Positions 60,430 to 64,000 of a DNA stretch of 64,000 bases are shown here, piece after piece; position 1 is the first letter of the stretch, and each line of letters opens with the position of its first letter. Origin of the DNA: Candidatus Omnitrophota bacterium (GTDB lineage Bacteria > Omnitrophota > Gorgyraeia > JAHJTE01); the NCBI GenBank assembly GCA_018830005.1, contig JAHJTE010000002.1, positions 139,809 to 203,808 of the forward strand, written 5' to 3'. The notes below the pieces were generated by a model. It saw only the letters and a list, made by a program, of their open reading frames with translations. It made no database searches and was not told the origin of the DNA. A program made the translations under genes and the position numbers.

Positions 60430-60939
60430 TTACTGCTTTAGTTTCCCTGATGCTATCCATTTATCAATCTTCTTTCTTTCAAAGCGCCAATTATCTCCAT
60501 CCTTGAAAGCAGGCACCTTTCCAGAATTGGCCCACTCCATAACAGAATTCAAATCAATCTCTAGGTATCTTGCCAAATCATCTGGTCCGAATATGTCTTC
60601 TAACATGCGGCATTCGCCTTCAAAGATTGCCCCTTCCATAACAATAAGTTTGGCTGTTTTGATCTCGCCTTTGACCTCTGCTGTTGACTCTAAAACTAAT
60701 CTCTCCTTAGAGACAATATCTCCTTTTACCCTGCCAGCAACAGCAATGTTTTCTCCGATAATATGGGCATCTACATCTGCCTTTGGCCCGATTTGGAGAT
60801 AGCCTTTTGTCTCCAGCGTGCCTTCAAACTTACCGTTTATACGTAAATTAACTGGATCTTTGAATGTTAATGTCCCACTCATTGCTGCATCTACATCAAG
60901 AAACTTTTCTGGTTCCTCCCTTCTTGATCTCATGGCCAT
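60430..60939 (-). CDS. Bactofilin fused to a C-terminal HTH_17 domain
   Basis: Beta-helix LRINGKFEG...VAGRVKGDI...GAIFEGECRM, then DLARYLEI...W...GKVPAFKDGDNWRF; AAGGAGG RBS. Confidence 0.85.
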   Translation of the reverse strand: MAMRSRREEPEKFLDVDAAMSGTLTFKDPVNLRINGKFEGTLETKGYLQIGPKADVDAHIIGENIAVAGRVKGDIVSKERLVLESTAEVKGEIKTAKLIVMEGAIFEGECRMLEDIFGPDDLARYLEIDLNSVMEWANSGKVPAFKDGDNWRFERKKIDKWIASGKLKQ

Positions 60940-61000
60940 GTATCAGCCCTCCTTTAATGAGACAATAATTTAGACTCGTTAAATTATATCCTCGCTTTAT

Positions 61001-61441
61001 CTATTTATTTTGATGCTTACTAAGATGAACCTCAACGCCTCTTATTGCCCATAAGACAATAAGAACTAATAATGTAGTAACAAGTGCCGCCAGATAAAAA
61101 CCACAGCCTACGGCTATGCCAATAGCAGCCACAATCCACAAGGTCGCAGCAGTGGTAAGACCATGCACAGTATCTCCGCCGCGAATAATTGCACCTGCGC
61201 CTAAAAAGCCAATTCCAGTGACAACGCCGGCTACAATGCGCGAAGGATCTACATTAGCTATATCTTTATATATATCAAAAACATACGCGGATGTCAACAT
61301 TATCAAACTAGCACCCACACAAACAAGAATATGAGTCCTAAGTCCTGCACTCCTTTTTTTGATCTCACGTTCAAGACCAATGAACCCCCCCAAAACTGCA
61401 GCCAAAATAAGACGCAATATTACCTGCTCTGTCAAAAGCAT
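61001..61441 (-). CDS. MgtC/SapB family membrane protein
   Basis: IGLERE, AGLRTH, GIGFLGAG, GLTTAATLW. Confidence 0.92.
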   Translation of the reverse strand: MLLTEQVILRLILAAVLGGFIGLEREIKKRSAGLRTHILVCVGASLIMLTSAYVFDIYKDIANVDPSRIVAGVVTGIGFLGAGAIIRGGDTVHGLTTAATLWIVAAIGIAVGCGFYLAALVTTLLVLIVLWAIRGVEVHLSKHQNK

Positions 61442-61476
61442 GATTACCTCTCTTGTTTTATTAAAGATAAGCTCAT

Positions 61477-62451
61477 TTACTTCCTCAGATGATATGCCAA
61501 CCCTGCAATCATTGCCGCATTATCCTGACAAAACTCTAAATCAGAAAAACTCACTCTGATCTTTTCCTTAAGAGAAGATTGTAAGATATTTTCTCGCAGT
61601 AGAGAGTTTGCTGCTACGCCTCCTCCAATTATTAAATCTTTCACATTTCTAGCCTTACAGGCCGCAATTGTTTTATCTACCAAGACATTAACTACTGCCT
61701 CCTGAAACGCTGCGGCAATCTCTGCCTTAAGAGAAAATGGCAACTTGCAAGAAGGGTTTTTTCTTTGCCAGTCCTGTACGAAATAAAGAACTGCTGTTTT
61801 GATTCCACTGAAACTAAAATCAAAACTATTAGGTAGCCGGGCGCAATTAAAATGCAATCTTGGCCTTGAAACAGCCTTAGCTAACTTATCGATTTCAGGA
61901 CCGCCCGGAAAAGAAAGTCCTAGAATTTTAGCAACCTTATCAAATGCCTCACCCGCAGCATCATCGCGAGTTTGACCTAACAATTGAATCTTCCTAAAGC
62001 CCTTACAATAAAATATACGCGTATGACCGCCTGAAACCACCAAGGCCACTAAGGGAAATTTAGGTTTTTTTCTATTAAGCCTTGCATCCAAAAAAGGAGA
62101 ATAAAGATGTGCCTGAGTATGGTCTACTTCTATTAAATCCTTTCCTAGAGAAAAACTTAAGGCACGCGCAAAACTTAAACCAACCAGTAATGCCCCTGGT
62201 AGACCCGGCTGCTTTGTTACGGCAATAAGACCTATATCTTCAAGGTCTACTTTTGCCTCTTTTATAGCTTCCTGAGAAACAAATGCTATTGCCTCTAGAT
62301 GTCCCCTTGCTGCAATCTCAGGTACTACGCCTCCATACTTCTTATGTAAAAAAAGTGTAGAGGATATAACATTGGATAAAACCTTCTTGCCATCTCTGAC
62401 AACAGAAGCCGCAGTCTCATCACAGGAGGTCTCAATACCTAAGACATTCAT
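61477..62451 (-). CDS. tsaD: tRNA N6-adenosine threonylcarbamoyltransferase
   Basis: GIETSCDET, GGVVPE, H..AH, SGGHT, DDAAGEAFDK, DNAAMI. Confidence 0.95.
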   Translation of the reverse strand: MNVLGIETSCDETAASVVRDGKKVLSNVISSTLFLHKKYGGVVPEIAARGHLEAIAFVSQEAIKEAKVDLEDIGLIAVTKQPGLPGALLVGLSFARALSFSLGKDLIEVDHTQAHLYSPFLDARLNRKKPKFPLVALVVSGGHTRIFYCKGFRKIQLLGQTRDDAAGEAFDKVAKILGLSFPGGPEIDKLAKAVSRPRLHFNCARLPNSFDFSFSGIKTAVLYFVQDWQRKNPSCKLPFSLKAEIAAAFQEAVVNVLVDKTIAACKARNVKDLIIGGGVAANSLLRENILQSSLKEKIRVSFSDLEFCQDNAAMIAGLAYHLRK

Positions 62452-62457
62452 ATCGAC

Positions 62458-63309
62458 TTATTCCACTAACTCAGAAAGCAAGACAAATTCTATTTGCTGT
62501 TTTCCAGAATCTAATTGAGATATTTTATCATCCAGAACCCTTAAAGTAAGTTTACGATCATGACCAATGCCGACTGCCTTACCTTTTTTCTTAGCCAATC
62601 TAATCAATTTTTCAAATTGATTAGAAATATATTCATAATCTTGCTCATTGTCAAGAAAGATATCACGTGTAATATAGCCTACGCCTAAATCCTTTGCGAT
62701 TTTTCTACTTACAGGGCGAGAAATAACCAAGCTGTCTAGAAAAAACAGATTTCTTCTGGCTAATTCTTCAAATATTATTCTCATAAGCGGCTCAGAGGCA
62801 GTCGCCTTAGATCCCATGTGATTTGAGACGCCAACAACCATAGGCAGGGACTTTAAATCTTTATTGAGAATCTTAAATATCTCATCTTTGCCCATTGTAG
62901 TAAGTATAGTATCGGGTTCAAGTTCGGCACCTTCTGGAAGGGAACGAGGCTCAAGCGGTAAATGCAAGATTGCCTCACGCATATGTCCTTTAGCAAAACT
63001 TGCGATTTCCTTACTATAGATAAGAGAAGGCAATATTGACAAGGTCAATGGGACATCTAGCTTTTCTAAATAGGGAATATTTCTCCTGTTATAGCCCCAA
63101 TCATCAATCACCAAGGCCACTTTAGCCAAGACCTCTTTTTCTATCTCGATTTCAGGATAAGACTCCTCAACTAACTCTAAAGGCTCAATCGGTATAGCCT
63201 CTTTCTTTTGCTTAACTAGCAAAGAGATTATTATGCCAAACTGAACCAGGACAATACAGAGAAGAACTATTACTAATGGATTTGAGTTGCCTGTTGACTT
63301 TTTAGCCAA
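62458..63309 (-). CDS. Divergent polysaccharide deacetylase family protein
   Basis: N-terminal TM, VIDDWG, HLPLEP, NHMGS, FLDS, RDIFLD, IGH. Confidence 0.88.
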   Translation of the reverse strand: MAKKSTGNSNPLVIVLLCIVLVQFGIIISLLVKQKKEAIPIEPLELVEESYPEIEIEKEVLAKVALVIDDWGYNRRNIPYLEKLDVPLTLSILPSLIYSKEIASFAKGHMREAILHLPLEPRSLPEGAELEPDTILTTMGKDEIFKILNKDLKSLPMVVGVSNHMGSKATASEPLMRIIFEELARRNLFFLDSLVISRPVSRKIAKDLGVGYITRDIFLDNEQDYEYISNQFEKLIRLAKKKGKAVGIGHDRKLTLRVLDDKISQLDSGKQQIEFVLLSELVE

Positions 63310-64000
63310 TTTTTTGAACCTTATTATAGACCTTTATTGCCTTTAAAAGATCTAACGCCCTTAATAGCTGTGAATCTCTCAAATAAAAATCATCATCTTT
63401 GTTAATATTCTCTTCCTTGCTGTCTTTTTCTGGTTTCTTTTTCTCATTCTCTAATTTCTTAAAGACGTCTTCTGTATCCTCTTCGGCCGCTGCCTCAGAA
63501 ATAAACTGAGCCTTAACTTCAATATCTGGCTCGATTCCAACATTGTGTATTGAACGCTCAGATGGCGTAAAATACTTACTTGTCGTAAGCCGCAAGGCAG
63601 AACCATCATTCATAGGCAACACGGTCTGTACAGAACCCTTTCCAAAACTTTTTGTTCCCAATATCAGGGCACGATTATAATCCTGTAAGGCACCCGCAAG
63701 AATTTCTGAACCTGATGCGCTTCCTTCATTAATCAAAACCACCATTGGTATATCCAAGAGTGGATCTTTAACTCGTGATTTAAATTCAAATCTGGATGCA
63801 GGGTTTCTGCCTTGAGTTGAAACGACTAATGTATCATTGGGAAGAAAGGAAGAGGTAATATCAATAGCGACATTTAAAAGTCCACCCGGATTAAATCTCA
63901 CATCTAAAATCAGAGCCTGCATACCCTCATCCTGCAGGCGCTTCAGGGCAGCCTTAAATTCCTTTGCGCTATTTTCTCGAAATTCTATTAAACGAATATA
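63302..64000 (-). CDS. ctpA: S41 carboxy-terminal processing protease, 5' part outside the window
   Basis: Frame is open to the window end (YIRLIEFRENS...); D.R.NPGG, SASGSEI, GKGSVQ. Confidence 0.9.
   Translation of the reverse strand, partial: YIRLIEFRENSAKEFKAALKRLQDEGMQALILDVRFNPGGLLNVAIDITSSFLPNDTLVVSTQGRNPASRFEFKSRVKDPLLDIPMVVLINEGSASGSEILAGALQDYNRALILGTKSFGKGSVQTVLPMNDGSALRLTTSKYFTPSERSIHNVGIEPDIEVKAQFISEAAAEEDTEDVFKKLENEKKKPEKDSKEENINKDDDFYLRDSQLLRALDLLKAIKVYNKVQKIG

Overview
AT-rich bacterial chromosomal segment in which every credible gene (about 60 CDS and 5 tRNAs) lies on the minus strand. Gene content suggests an anaerobe, possibly Omnitrophota/PVC-like; this is inference and was not tested. 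Most of the window is housekeeping: pgpH-like HD hydrolase, phoH, GAD-less aspS, hisS, HU, dnaE, guaA/guaB3, CIRCE-controlled groESL, coaX, uvrB, nadC, valS, cimA, a threonine cluster, gpsA, archaeal-type thyA, tilS-ftsH-folP-cdaA-pdxJ-acpS-nnrD, a partial Wood-Ljungdahl cluster (acsC, RACo, cooC, acsD, acsE), mgtC, tsaD and ctpA. An ~8.3 kb tyrosine-integrase element (38137-46419) is inserted in tRNA-Thr(TGT) with a 39-bp direct repeat that duplicates the 5' half of the tRNA. It carries xis, a Rep/SpoVG module, a solo AAA+ ATPase, lipoproteins and a VapBC-like pair. Top candidates for new biology: (1) a bactofilin fused to an excisionase/BldC-like HTH, co-encoded with a membrane-anchored HTH of the same family (60085-60939); (2) an unannotated 36-aa transmembrane-only CdaR after cdaA; (3) the 5'-half tRNA integration geometry; (4) a tRNA-Met with a compensatory A19:U56 elbow pair. 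All calls rest on manual motif recognition; no searches were run.
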